A stretch of 64,000 nucleotides of DNA. It comes from Cyanophora paradoxa CCMP329 (Eukaryota > Plantae > Glaucophyta). Position numbers and translations under genes: made by a program. Under the pieces are notes generated by a model, which did no database searches, was not told the origin of the DNA, and saw only the letters and a list, made by a program, of their open reading frames with translations. Shown here one piece after another: positions 1 to 12,985 of the stretch (position 1 is the first letter of the stretch; each line of letters starts with the position of its first letter). Where the stretch lies: positions 496,001 through 560,000 of the forward strand of contig QPMI01000010.1 of assembly GCA_004431415.1 (NCBI GenBank), read 5' to 3'.

Positions 1-527
1 GCTTCGCGGCTCTCGCTGCTCAGGCTGCTCGCTGCCACGCACGAGGTCGCGGGTACGGTACGCTTCGTGCGCAGTGCCAAGCTCGAACGAAGGCTCGCCG
101 TACCCACAAAGTTGAGTTGGAATTTGCGTACTACGGCGAGTCGAGTCAAAGAGTCCGAGTCTAAAACTCGAGCGATTTGCTGATTGGTCAAAAACGACTC
201 GGAATTACTCAATCCACCGGCGCAGGTCCTGTTGGACCGGCGTGCTGTGGCTAGCTATAGCTAGGCTGCTAGGGCCGCTATAGCTAGGCCTGCGCCGCTG
301 CGCGGCCTGCAGGCTGCATGCGCAGGCCCGCAGGGCCGCAGTGCCGGCGGCGCCGCGGCAGGCTGGCAGAGGCTGCGGCCCTGCGCGGCTGCGCGCGCGG
401 CCTGCGCCTGCAGCCCGGCGGCCTGCAGGCTGCAGCCTGGCGCCGGCAGGTTGCAGCCTGCAGCTGCAAATAAACTTAGCCTGCCGCAGTGCAAGCTCAA
501 CTTAGCTGCTGCTCAAGGCTGAAGCTA

Positions 528-788
528 CTAGTACTACTGTAGGAATGCTTTTTTAGCCGATGTTTTAAATTGCCGTATATTGCCGAGAGGCCGAATTCGG
601 CAGTTTTAAGCCACGGCAATTCTAAGGGGTAGCTATAGGGCTAATCGGCAACTTTTGTATGGCGCGGCATTGGCGCCATATAGAGCGGAAATCTGGATTC
701 GGCAATTTATCGCCACGGCAATTCCGGTTTTGGTCGAATTCGGCAATTTAACTACGCGGCAATTTAAGCAATCCTACAGTAGTACTAG
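528..788. mobile_element. MITE-like non-autonomous DNA transposon
   Basis: ~21-23 bp inverted repeats CTAGTACTACTGTAGGAATGC (528-548) and GCAATCCTACAGTAGTACTAG (768-788); core TA|CTGTAGGA...TCCTACAG|TA fits a TA target site; AT-richer interior with repeated CGGCAATT/AATTGCCG motifs; no credible ORF. Confidence 0.6.
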
Positions 789-951
789 GCTAGGCACTGC
801 GGAATCCGGATCCCGCCGGAGCCGGAATTCGGAATCCGGATTCCGGATCCGCAATGACCTAACGGGCCAGTAGTAACGGCTTGCGAAACAAAAACGAAGC
901 GACACAGGGGGCGAGAAAGAAAAAAAAGCGGAATCCAGTTGGCGAAAAGAA

Positions 952-1024
952 CGATCCCGGCGGGACTTGAACCCGCAATCTCTAGCTCCGGAGGCTAGCG
1001 CCTTATCCATTTGGCCACAGGACC
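952..1024 (-). tRNA. tRNA-Arg(CCG)
   Basis: Reverse complement GGTCCTGTGGCCAAATGGATAAGGCGCTAGCCTCCGGAGCTAGAGATTGCGGGTTCAAGTCCCGCCGGGATCG folds as a cloverleaf; anticodon arm CTAGC-CTCCGGA-GCTAG; T-rich Pol III terminator follows. Confidence 0.95.
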
Positions 1025-1834
1025 GATGAAAGGGCTCGTCGACCTGGTCTGCTGGATGGTTCAATGTGCGCTGAGGGTCGGGGGGTTCTTGTGTGCCGGG
1101 GGTACTTCGGGCTGGTCAGCGAAGGCGCTCACACCACATCACATCGATATCACCGATCCGGCGGCGCGCAGCGACGGGGCATTGCGCGGCCAGCATCTAG
1201 CAGCGGCCCCTCTAGATCTAGATCTAGAATTAGATCTCGCCCCGCGGGCGCTCGCTCGCGGTAAGCTAGCTGATCGAAGCTTAAGCTGCGTGTCAGCCAC
1301 GGCCTCGCATCGACTAGACGCTGCCGCCGATGCCGATATCGATGCCCTGGGGTGCTTTGGCCGGCTGCCGCGCGCCCTCGCGCGCCCCGGGCTGACGCGG
1401 CGAGGGCGCGCACTGCCGCAGTGCGCGTTCAGGTACGGCAACAGCGGCGCCGACACTACAGGCGGGCGGGCGCCAGCGTGCGGCGTGGGGCAAAGCGCTG
1501 TGCGTGCTCGAGGACGGTCCACGTGTACATGCACAGGCGCTCGTTCCCTTCCGCTCCACCGCTCTGCGCCTCCGCACGGGGCGGCGCCTCCAGCCTCGTC
1601 AGCCTCCTATAGCTAGCGCTGCGGCCGCGTCCCCCAAGCCCGGGTCCGGCCTCGCCGGTGCCCCGCGCGGCCGAGCTGCGCATGCGGGCGCGGCCTGCGC
1701 CGGCGAGCTGCACCCGCACCAGCCGCCGGCCCGCAGCTCCGTCGAAGGGAGGGGCCGGGCGGCCGGCGGCGCCGGCGGCGCCAGTGGCGCCGGCCTCGCG
1801 GCGGGCGGTCGGCCGCGCCCCGCGCCCCATGCAT

Positions 1835-2896
1835 ATGCCGAGCGCGAGCTCCAGCGCATCGAGAAGGTCCGCCCGCGGCCCGCCGGCTCCTTCCCACGTC
1901 CCGCCGCTCACGCCGCTCACGCATGGGCGCAGGAGGCGCTCTGGGCCTACTCCAAGGACCTGAAGGAGGGCGTGGAAACCGGGGCGCCCGACGCCGCGCG
2001 GGCAGCGGCGGCCGCCGCCGCAGCAGCAGCGATGCGGCGCCCGCCCCCGCCGCGCCCGCCGGGCGGCGGGCACTCGGGCGGCGGGCCGGCGGGCGGCGCC
2101 GGCGCCGGCCCTTCGAGCGACCGGATTCCGCAGCGGGATGCTAACGCGCCCCCCGTGCGCTCTGTGCCCGGGCTCTGCGCTCGTTCGGCGCTGACTGCGG
2201 CCGGCGCAGCGCCGGAGCGGCCGCCCCCCCGCCCCCGGCCCACCGCCGGGCGCCCCGCCCGGGTACGGCGCCTGGCCCGGAGCGGTGCGCCCGTCATTCC
2301 GTAACCGTCCTCGCTCCTGCTCACCCCACCATGCGCTCTTCAGGCCGGCGCCGTCCCGCCCCCGCCCCCGGGCCCGCCTCCCACGGTGAGGGACCCCCGA
2401 AGCGGAAGTCCGCTGGCGCCTGACTCGGACCGCCCGCCCGCCCGCAGGCCGGGGCGGTTCCCCCGCCCCCTCCCGGCGCGCCCCCGGGCTACGAGGCAGC
2501 AACGGGTCCGCCCTGCCCGCCCCCGCCACCCCTTTCCTCCACACCTGACCACCCCCGCGCCGCAGCTGCGTACTACGCGCAGTACTACGCGTACTACGCC
2601 CAGTACTACCCCGGCTACGCCCCGCCCGGCGCCCCCGGCGCGCCCCCCGCGGCCCCGGCGGAGAAGCAGGCCGAGGCCGAGGACGAGGAGGAGGACGGCG
2701 AGGAAGAGGAGGACGAGGAGGAGGAGAAGGACGAGGGCGCGGCCGCGGGGAAGAAGCGGAAGGCGGACGAGGAGGACAGCGGCGTGGCGGCGCCGTCCGC
2801 GTCTTCCTCGGCGGCGGCGAAGGCGGCGCGGCGGGAGCCGCCCAAGGGCGAAGAGGGGGCGGAGGAGGGGCCGGCGAGGTCTGCTCCTGCCTCTTT
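1835..2896 (+). pseudogene. inverted partial duplicate (exons and introns) of the WBP4-like gene at 18187-19257
   Basis: Near-identical to the reverse complement of 18187-19257 (AERELQRIEK, AQEALWAYSKDLKEGVETG, YYAQYYAYYAQYYPGY, acidic tract); lacks the N-terminal zinc finger and the C-terminus. Confidence 0.85.
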
Positions 2897-3589
2897 CGCG
2901 AGGTTACATCCGGCGGGGAGACCGGGGGGCGCCGTGCCCAGGCCCCTGCGCCGTGCTGACGCGCCGCAAGCTTGCGGCGCTTCCTGACTTAGGCCTCGAG
3001 GCCGGCTATGTTACAGGCCACGACGCAGGCGAGTCCTTCCAGGTACGCCCGGCCTGCCGCCCCCCCTCCCCCCCTCCCCTCCCTTCCCCCTCCCAGCTCG
3101 TGACCCCCGGGCTTCCAACTTTCCCCGCCCCCCGTCCTCCTCCCCCTCCCCTTCCCCCCTCCTCCCCCCTCCCGGCCCTGCCCACCCTGTCCCCCCTTAC
3201 CACCCCCCCCCTTCCCCTCCTCCCTCGCATGACGCGCGTTGGCGGCGCAGGGGGCGTCGGCTGGCCGCTGGGTACATCGGCGGCTAGCCGCTGGGGTACA
3301 TGGCGGCGCAGGGGCCGTCGACTGGCTGCTGAGGTACATTGGCGCTGAGGGTACATCGGCTAAGATCTTCCCCTTCTCTTACTCAAACCACATACTCCCA
3401 TACCCCCCAGTATTTGGCTCCACGTGACGCGCGCCTGCAGCGCAGGGCGTCGGCTGGAGTCGAGGTGGAACTTCGGAAGGAGCAGGGGACGCCAGCTCTC
3501 GTTCGGGCGCGACGAGTTCGTCTGCGGTACGCCCCCCCCCCTTCCCCCCCCCGCCCTTTCCCCCCCCTCCCCCTTCTGCCTCCCCCCCC

Positions 3590-3660
3590 GGGCCCCCCGA
3601 ACCCGCGATCTCTACCTATAGTTCCAGAGGCGAGCCCCGTATCCATTTGGCCACAGGACC
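3590..3660 (-). pseudogene. degenerate tRNA-Arg copy
   Basis: The 5' 20 nt (GGTCCTGTGGCCAAATGGAT) are identical to the tRNA at 952-1024 and AGAGATCGCGGGTTCG is retained, but the anticodon arm and acceptor 3' strand are disrupted. Confidence 0.7.
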
Positions 3661-4428
3661 TGTCGGCCATCTTAGCTATAGACTGGAGGTATTTGCGCCG
3701 GGTCCTGGGGCCAGAGGCGCCGCGCCGCCCGCTGCCGCCCGCGGCGGCCTGCGCAGCGGCGTCGGCCCCTAGGCCTCTTGCTTGCGCTTGCGCTTCGGGC
3801 CTCGGTGCTCTACGGATCGGCGCTGGCTCCCGCCCGGCGGCGAGCCTCGGAGCGGCGGCGCGGGGCGGGGCGGGACCCCGCGGCCGGCGGACGCCCGCCG
3901 GACCCGGGGCTCCGCGGCATCGGCCCTTCCAGCCCTGCGGGGCGGCCGCTCGCAGCACCACCGCCGGGCCGGGCCGCAAGTTCTCGATCTAGAGCGAGAT
4001 CTAGAGCGAGGCCTAAATGTATAAGGAGACTAGAGGGTCCGGGCGGCCGCGGATCTCGATGCGGTGGGGATGGGGGTACGCGGTGCGGCTTGGCCGGCGC
4101 CGTGCATGATATCGATCATGAGTGGCTGCGAACTCGAACTTGCAGCTACGAGCACGTATTGTATTTAACTTTGTGCACCAACTAAGATCTGTTTGTGCGA
4201 AAGCGAAACGAGGCGAAAGCGAAAAGAAGGCTAGACCTAGGCGAAAGCGAAAGCGAAAGACAATAATTTATCTGATAATCGCATCTCGTGAAGGTCTCGA
4301 AAACAATCGAAAACGAAACCTACACGTTTATTTAACGTTATAATTAACCAATAATTTAATCAGGCTGTTATTTATCATAGTAATACCTATCGCCGAGCGC
4401 GGGGCGACAGCTGCAGGAGGCCTATAAA

Positions 4429-6637
4429 TTAGAAGTAGCGGGCGTAGGCCGCCGTCGCGAGGGCGAGGAGGAGGGGAACGAAGCCTGCAGAGAGGGCCGA
4501 GCCGGCGCTGAGGATCGGGAAGGGGACGGAGGAGATGGAGCCGGCGGCCCCGGGGGTGGTCGGGACAGTGGCGACGATCGCTGCGCGCGCGCGGCTCAGC
4601 GAGGGCGGGAAGAGAGAGGCGGGGAGGGGGTACGGGGTTCGCGCACCGCCGGTGGCGACGCCCTGGGTGGGGGTGGCGCTGGTGCCGAGGGGGGTAACGG
4701 AGATGAGGGACGGGTCGATGCCGAGGGATGCGGCGACGGCGGCCAGGCTGGTGCCCGACTGCAGAGCGCGCTGGAGCTGGGTGGCCGCGGGGGCGCCGAC
4801 TCCCGCCGGGAAGGTGATCAGGAAGCGGGCCTGGAAGCGGGTGAGGAGGGGGCCAGGTGGGGGCGGGGGTGGGGCGGGGAAGGGGTACGCACGCCGGAGT
4901 TGGCGGCGGCGCCCTGCAAGATGGCGCGGCGTGACTTGCGGCTTGACTTGCGGCGGGCCCCCGTGCACTCCCCGAGTTCGAACTGGTCGGGCCTGAGGCG
5001 CGCGAGCGCGGCGATGGCGTTCTGCAGGTTGGTGCGCTGCGTGGCGGTGATCGAGGCGCAGGTCGTGCCACGGATGTAGAGGTACACGCTCGCGGGCGGA
5101 ACGGCGGCGGTCCCGTTGGCTGCGTCGCGGTGAGCGAGCGGCGGGCGGGCGGGGGGCTGGGCTCGAGAATTCGAAGGGTCGCAAGAGACGCACTGGAGAC
5201 GCAGGCTTTAGGCATGTACTGGGAGGCCGCGAGGGTGCTCGCGAACGTGATGACGTCGGCGTTCTCGACCTCGCCGGGGAACTTCTTCGTGACGGCCTCA
5301 TTCACGCCGCTGATCGCCAGCGCCGAGACGGCCGAGCTCGTCGACTGCAGCCGGGGAAGGCGTAAGCGAAATTTCCAATAATATTTAATGAACATTAAAC
5401 TGATCATGAAGGGCCCGGGGAGGGGCGCCGGCGGAATGCGCGCGCGCACCGCGCGCAGAGTCCACGGGCGGACGGTGCCCTTGTCCCAGGTCGCGACCCC
5501 GGTGTTGGTGTTGAGGTCGCCGGCCGAGGAGACGAAGACGCCGTTGGTGTAGTTCGAGGAGACGGGTCCGCCCGTCCACGCGATGCTCGTGGTGGTTCCC
5601 GTCTTCCAGAGGAACGCTGAGAAGGATTCGGGGGGCACCACGGGCCAGTTACATTGAATTCAATAAGAAAGCGCTGGCCACGGGCGCAGAGCGCACCGGC
5701 GGCGGGGCCGGCGCAGGTGACCTTGTTGAACATCTGAACGAAGCTCACCGACTCGGCGACGCCGGCAACGCCTGCGGATCGGGACATACCCATCAGCGCT
5801 GGAAACAATCGATATCGCGAGCTCGCGATCGTCTTTTAATTCGATCGAAAGATTCTGAGTGACGCACGGTTCCAGGTGTCGCCGGACATCTCGAAGCTCA
5901 GCGTCTGAGCGCCCACGGTCGCCGACGTCTTGATGTTCATCTTGCCCCGGAGCTCCCAGGCAGCCGAGGGGGACGCGCGGGTGAGGAAGCCCGTCGAGTT
6001 CGAGAACCTGCCGTCGCGATCGCGAAATGTCAACGTTAAGATCTCTAGAGTCGCCGAGTCGGAAGGCAGACTAGTTTCTATAAAACGTAATATAAACCAC
6101 GCGCACTTTCCATGGGCGAAATAGGGCTGGGAGTGGAAATCTTCGGCGTTGGGGTTTGAGGTGACGAAAGTGATCGCTGTCCGAGCCAGCGCCTCATTGA
6201 ATCCATGATAAACGAAGAACTGCGTGAATCCGAAACACGTGCAAAGTCAGCTCGACACAAGTACATCTGGCGCCAACTTTAATTTCCGAGTCGCGATCGC
6301 CTCGGAATCTGAATTCGTTGCTGCCGCAGAGCGCGCGTACGTATATACGCACCGACCACTCCTTGCCGGTGGCCGTCTGGTTGAAGGAGAAGAGAGCCAG
6401 CCCATCGAAATCACCGCCAGACAAGGGCTTGAGCTGAATGAAGCCTTCCACGCCGTTCGCGAACCACCCGAAAGAACCGGACTGCGCGACCGCGGCCGGC
6501 GCGAACGCCGCGAGAAGCACGAGGACGCAGCCTGCGGGCCGGGATCGACGTCGGTCAACGGAAGGGCTAACGGACGGGCTAACGGACGGGCCAGCGACGG
6601 GCGGGCGGGCTAACGGACGGTCGCGGGTTAACGTCAA
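4429..6637 (-). CDS. multi-exon secreted or cell-surface protein, probable GPI anchor (5' end uncertain)
   Basis: Signal-peptide-like CVLVLLAAFAPAAVAQ; Ser/Thr/Gly-rich exons; Thr/Pro stalk and hydrophobic C-terminus SAGFVPLLLALATAAYARYF*. Confidence 0.55.
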
Positions 6638-7196
6638 AGGACTGGCTGGCCCTGGCCGGCGGCCGCGCGCGGTCGCGTGCCGCAGTGCACGTGGGGCGCG
6701 CTTGCGACATTAAATTTTAAAGCCAAGGCGGCCCACATGTACAGCCAGCGGTCTATCGCGCGCGCGATCTCCCAAAGTCCGACACGAACGCACCGGCAAC
6801 CGCGGCCGCCGGAAGACCTATAGCTAGGCCTGCTTGCATGCGCAAACTCGAGACGCGCATACGTGTGGCCATCGAAACTCCCGCCGGGCCGCGGAATTAT
6901 ATGGCTCGCTAGCGCTTTTATCAGGCAGGCGCCGGCCGCGGCTTTGCAGACGTCGACTGGCCTCGGGTCTGCGGGCTGCACAGCTGCCGTGCCTAGCCTA
7001 GTAGCTGCAGCTGAGACTCTAGAGCCTGCAGCTGAGAGCGCAGGCGACTCTTTCAAGTTTGCACTACGGAGGCGAACGGGCCATCACCGGTCCATCAGCG
7101 CATCGCATCCGCGATCCGCATTGAAGTTTCGGCGCATTCGCAATTTCGCATTCGCACCACCATGGCACCCGGTGTGACCTGTATCCCCATCTCGTG

Positions 7197-7412
7197 TTTG
7201 CATTGTTTTGCAATTTGCATGCGTGCGTCACGCGTGCGTCGTGCGTCACGCGTGCGTCGTGCGTCATGCGTGCGTCACGCGTGCGTCGTATTTGCATTGT
7301 TTTGCAATTTGCATGCGTGCGTCACGCGTGCGTCGTGCGTCACGCGTGCGTCGTGCGTCATGCGTGCGTCACGCGTGCGTCGTATTTGCATTGTTTTGCA
7401 ATTTGCATGCGC
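7197..7412. repeat. 94-bp tandem repeat (about 2.3 copies) built from nested TGCGTCACGCG/TGCGTCG units
   Basis: TTTGCATTGTTTTGCAATTTGCATGCG recurs at 7197, 7291 and 7385. Confidence 0.9.
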
Positions 7413-9374
7413 ATGCGTGCGTCAACTTCGCCGTCAAGGCGTACGCGTCACGTAATATGCAAGTTAATCTGCATGCGAAGCCCCAAGTTTGGGCCGCCTG
7501 AGCCGCATGCATATGTTAATCTGCATGGCTGAGCCGCCCGAGCCGCTGATCATCATGCATGGCATGAGCCATGATGAGCGGCCTTACTAGTTAAGCTTAT
7601 TAGGCTTACTGTACTACTGAGCCGCTACTACGCAACTTAACTTCAAGCTTGCAATTGCATTTGCAATTGCATGCATCTACCGGTTGTTCGAATTCGCAAC
7701 CATCGCCGAATCGACGCCGATAATATATTCAACTTGGCAAGGGATCTGACATCATCTGAGCCAAGCGATTGCATATGCAGGCGATTCGGGAATCGGGACC
7801 CGCATTCAATAATTTGCAAGGCAATTTAATTCTTCTGCCCTCAAAAAAACACTGTTAACAATTTAAATCATTGAATTTCCTCTGCAATTCCGCATCATGC
7901 CATGATGGGCCTTACCGGCCCGGCGGTATACATAATACATGGCAGGCGTGCCAGCACCGCCAGGCGCTGATGATGCGCACGCGGCCCGGCGGCAATGCCA
8001 TGATGCAGCGGCATGACGCCGGCATCATGATCCGATGATCATGGGCCGGATTCGGCGATTCATGGCAATATTACCTTGGTATTACTAGGCTAATGCCACT
8101 GGGCCGTGATGCATATGATGCCATGATGGCATCATTGGCAAGTGCACTCTGTGACTGCGGCATTGGCTGCCAGGCTGTGCGCCAGCCTGCCGCACAGTCC
8201 CGCACTGCGGTAGTTACAGTTCGTCGACGTCGCGAATCTTCAAGTTCCTACCGGTAGGCTGAGGTAGCCCGGCCCGAATCCGTGAAGTGGCATGGCGGGT
8301 CGACGACGAGAGCTCGAGCGATCGCGACTTCAGAAAATTTGGCGGCGCGAGGGGACCGGACTCCGGGACTCCGGGAGTGGCACGCGGTCATGGCGCGGCG
8401 TTTGCAATTGGCCTCGAGCTCGCGATCACAGCGCCGCGGGCTCAAACGGCTTTGCGATCGAATTCGAATTCCCGGTCCTCATGATCATGATCTAGGCCTA
8501 GGCAGGCTCATGATCATGCAAGCAAGCCTCATGTATATGGGCGTGATCAATTGATTGCAAGTTGTCCGACGGTCTTTCATTTGTTTGATTCGAGTCCAGT
8601 GGTACCGGTGTTGCGAATGCATCGCCGCGAATTATTGCAATTAAGGACCTGGAAAGCACTGCGCATTCATATGCGGGGAGCTTGACAAGTACTAGAGGGG
8701 CCTCGCTTGCAAATAATTGATTTAAATTGTCCCTCATGATCATATGCATCGATATTGGTACTGCGGTACTACGATCAGGTCATTAAGCTCAAGTCTACTC
8801 ATATTGTAGGCTACGCATCACGAGCTTCGAGATCTTGAAAAGGCGCCGGGGGCGACGTTCGAGAAAACGTGAAAGAGTCCTAGAAATAAAATCCCCTGTG
8901 GCCGAATTCAGATATATATACAATCATGCAGTTAGAATCATCGATCGGCTCACGTAAAGACCAAACTCGAACGCCTGCGTACCCGAGAAGAGTCAGTGGT
9001 ACACGCGACATGGCCTCCGGCCGCGGTTGCAATTGCGACGCCTACTCACCGACACGATGCGGTTCCAGCTGCCGGCCTGCACGCGAGCTGGAAAGGCCCC
9101 ACATTTTAAAGGTGTCAGCGCGGGAAAGCTTAAGGTAGCTATAGGTTATATATCTTAATATTCCTAGGCACTTGCCTGCCTCGACGAGCCCTTCTTTGAT
9201 GCGATCCGCACTAGTACTGCCGGCCTGCGCATGCACGCGAGCTGGAAAGATCCGACGGTCCCGAAGCTGTCAGCGCGGGAAAGCTAGCTGTAGACTCGAT
9301 TTCTAGGCACTATAGCTAGGTAGGCCCTAGATTAGATCAGATTATATTCCTAGGTGGATTAGATTAGATTAGAT

Positions 9375-11615
9375 CTAGGTAAGATTAATTATAATATTCC
9401 TAAGTAGGCACTTGCCTGCCTCGACGAGCCCCTCTTTGATGCGGTCGCCGGCGTAGCGGAGGCCCCGCTCGATGCGGTCGCCCTCCTCGCGGGCTGCGCG
9501 AACGAGAACGGGCGTCGGATGCCTCGACGTCGGCCTCATGATCAGACCTATATTCAAAAGAGTCCGCACGTCCGTCGCGCAGCGCCTCGCGGATGCGGTC
9601 CCCTGAGAATGAGGTCGATCGCGATCAGCGCAAGATTAAGGGCATTATAATTAAGCTTAAGCTTGAACTGGGGGCGGCGACGGGGGCGGGGGCGGGTCAA
9701 AGAATTCGCTCGCCTATGTCGCGGAAGCCTTCGCGGACGCGGTCCCCCGAGTACCGGATCCCGCTCTCGATCCGGCTGCCCTCGTCGCGGCCTGCGAGAT
9801 CGAATTCGAAATCGAAACCGAATTCGAGGAGGGGCAGTAATTATAAAAGGGCGGCGGGACAACTCGCCGGCGTCAGTATTATAAGAGATTATAAGCGATT
9901 ATAAGATTTGAGGAGGGCGTAAAGAAATTATAAGAGATTATTAAGAGCGGCGGGACAACTCGCCGGCGTCAGTATTATAAGAGATTATAAGCGATTATAA
10001 GATTTGAGGAGGGCGTAAAGAAATTATAAGAGATTATTAAGAGCGGCGGGACAACTCGCCGGCGTCAGTATATATATTATAAGAGATAATGAGATTTAAT
10101 TTGAGGAGGGGCAGTAGGGCAGTAGTATAGGAAGAGAGCGGCGGGGGGGGGGGGGGGGGGGGGGACAACTCGCCGGCGTCGCGAAGCCCGTCGCGGATGC
10201 GCTCGCCGGCGTCGACGAGGGCGCACCGGAGACCGGCGCCGGCGCCGCCGGCGCCGCCCCTCCCGGCCGCGGCCCCGGGCTGCAGTGCAGAGAGGAGCTC
10301 GCCTGCGGGCCGACGTGAGCTAGGCTCTGCGCGGCGCCGGCCGCTGCAGCTGGCTGCGAGGCGGGCAGCTTCAGCTGCAGCTGCAGCGCACCCATGGCCG
10401 GATCCGGGTTCGAGGCCGCCGGAGGGGCGGGGCGGCCCTGGCGATCGCGATCGGGAGCCGCCGATGCGGGAGGCGCACCCAGGCCGGCGGCCGCCGCGGC
10501 CGCAGGAACGGCGGCCGCAGATGCACCGGCTTCACCAGCTGCAGCTGCGTCGCGGGCGCGCCGGGCTCGTGCTTCATAGCGGCTCAGTCGCCAGCACGTC
10601 TGGAGCGAATGTTCGAAGGTGCCCACGACTGCGCGCGCGCGCGCGCGCGCGCACCTCGTTCAGCTGCGCCAGCAGCTGCTCCGACTCGCCCTCGCCGTCG
10701 TCGCCCGCGGCCTCGGGGAATTCGGCGCCCCACAGCTGGCCATGGCCATGGAGAACGCGTCAGGTTGCGATTGAGTGCAATATTGATGCCTGCGGACGGC
10801 TCGCGCACCTTGAACAGCTGCTCCAGAAGCCGCTCCACCTTGCGCTCGTCGGCTTTCTTCGCCTCTTCGCCGTAGGCATGCGCATCGCCGGCCTCCGGAG
10901 CGGGTAATTCCGCGCCCCACAGCTGGCCATGGCCATGGAGAACGCGTCAGGTTGCGATTGAGTGCAATATTGATGCCTGCGGACGGCTCGCGCACCTTGA
11001 ACAGCTGCTCCAGCAGCCGCTCCACCTTGCGCTCGTCGGCTTTCTTCGCCTCTTCGCCGTCCGCGTGCGCATCGCCGGCCTCCGGAGCGGGTAATTCCGC
11101 GCCCCACAGCTGGGGAACGCGTCTCGATCAGGCCTAGGGTGCAATCGAGGCAATATTAGTGCTCGGATCCGGAGACGGCTCGCGCACCTTGAACAGCTGC
11201 TCCAGCAGGCGATCCACCTTGCGCTTCCTTCGCGGGACACCAGGGCCACCTTCGCGGAGTTGGTCAGAAAGATTCGCGTGCGGCTTGCGCCTTTCGAATC
11301 GCGGCTTAGAATTGGCCGAACTGGCCGCGCATCGCTCGCGATCGCACCACTCGTTTGCTCCGCGGGGGTCGCAGCTGGCGCGGAGCCTTCGGCACTCGAA
11401 ACTGCGCACCGTACGCGTGTCAGGGAATCGCGATCGTTTGAATTCCGAAACGAGCGATCGATATCGATATCGTGGCATGGACCGTTGGCGGCCGGCGCCG
11501 CGGTTGCGGTTGCGGCTGCAGCCGCGGCCGCGCCGGCGCTCGTCTGGGCGCCAGGGGCTGCCTCCGCGTGCCCGATCGCGATCTCCTTCTTCTCATCAGT
11601 CGCCGGCGATGCCAT
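9375..11615 (-). CDS. uncharacterised multi-exon protein with tandemly duplicated exons (3' end uncertain)
   Basis: ATG at 11615 (MASPATDEKKEI); repeated exon LWGAELPAPEAGDAHADGEEAKKADERKVERLLEQLFK bounded by AG/GT; possible last exon EEGDRIERGLRYAGDRIKEGLVEAGKCL. Confidence 0.4.
9851..10090. repeat. 96-bp tandem repeat (about 2.5 copies)
   Basis: GCGGCGGGACAACTCGCCGGCGTCAGTA... recurs at 9851, 9947 and 10043, with internal ATTATAAG units. Confidence 0.9.
10722..11225 (-). repeat. ~188-bp exon+intron unit in tandem
   Basis: GCGCCCCACAGCTGG at ~10725, ~10913 and ~11100; GACGGCTCGCGCACCTTGAACAGCTGCTCCAG occurs three times. Confidence 0.85.
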
Positions 11616-12985
11616 GTTCGTCGATCTCGAGCCGCGGGACGTCGTTCGTCGACGTTCTTAACTAACCGCGCGCGCCCCCGCAACGCCGACTCGCCCCTGC
11701 TCGCGTCCGTTAGCGTACATTTGAGATCGTACGGCGCGCGGCGCGGCACGGCACGCGCGGGCCGGGTGAGCGGGCCTGACGCTGCCTGATGGGGGTAGAG
11801 GAATTCAAGGCAGTCGACGTCAGCTCGCCAGCTTGCATCTGGCGCCGGCCCATGGCCTTTGTTGGAGGCGTCGCGCTTTGGTGCCCGTCGATTTTCGGAG
11901 CCGGCCGCGGGCGGGGGCGCGCCCGGCGCCCGGCCTCGTTGCCGGGGTCAACAGCTGCGCATGCAGGCCTAGGTTCGACGCGCGCGCTGCACCAGCTGGC
12001 CGCGGGCGCGTGGGCCCGTAGCGCGCTCGCAGGCTGACTTCGAATTCTGGATCGGATCCCCGGAGCGTGCGCAGCTCGTCGAGCTCCAGCGCCCAGCCGC
12101 GGCGAGCATACGTGCGTGCGCCGCCGCCGCCGGCGCCGAGCAGCGCTATAGCTAGCTATAGCGCGCGATCGCGATATCGATGTCCGCAGCTGCAGGCGGG
12201 CGCGCGGGTTCGGCTGGCGGGTTCCGCAGGCGCCGCTCGGCCTGCGGTGCGCGTTCGCGTTCTTGGCCTGAACCGCGCGCGCCCCGGCCCGTGCGCGCGC
12301 GCGCGCGCGCGTGGCGCGCCGCGGCGGCCGTCGCAGTCGACGTCCTCCCCGCGCGCGGCGCGTACAGGAGGACCGCGCAGCCGTCGAGAGGAACTTCGTG
12401 GATGAGGTGCGCCCCTTTTCTCCCTCCTTATCACTACGTATATACGTATACAATAATCATATAAACTTGAAAAGCGCGCGGGAGAAAACCTCGCGATCGG
12501 ACCGCTGCTAGCGCTGCAGCTGCAGCTGGAGGCCGCCCGCGCGCCGCCGCCGCGCGCGCGCCACAGGACCCCGCTGCCGGTATTAATATTTGCGCCGGGG
12601 CTGTGCACGGCTGGCAGGTCTATAACTACGTATACTATAGCTAGCCATATGCATGATGGCAACCTCACTGAGAGTCAGCCTGGCAGTCCATGATATCATG
12701 ATATCGATCATCGGATGGCAATCTCAGATACATCAAGGCCTAGGGGGCTTTTCGAACGAATTAGAATATGCTCTGGGCCTGGCCGGGCCTAAGCCTGATC
12801 CTATCGCGAGGCCTAAGCCATTTGCATATGCTCTGCATCTGGCCATGGCCAGGCCTAAACTCAAGGCCAGGCCAGGGGACGCCGTGACGATCGCGAGGCT
12901 CGATCGGTGTCACGATCGCCTGAAGGGAAAAGCTAAACGAGAGCCTTAAGCTTGAGCCTGAGCCGCGCGCGCCGGAGCCTTGAGA

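Noticed and set aside
7064-7532. ORFs with CVTRAS / HACVVR repeats
   Set aside because: Translations of the 94-bp tandem repeat
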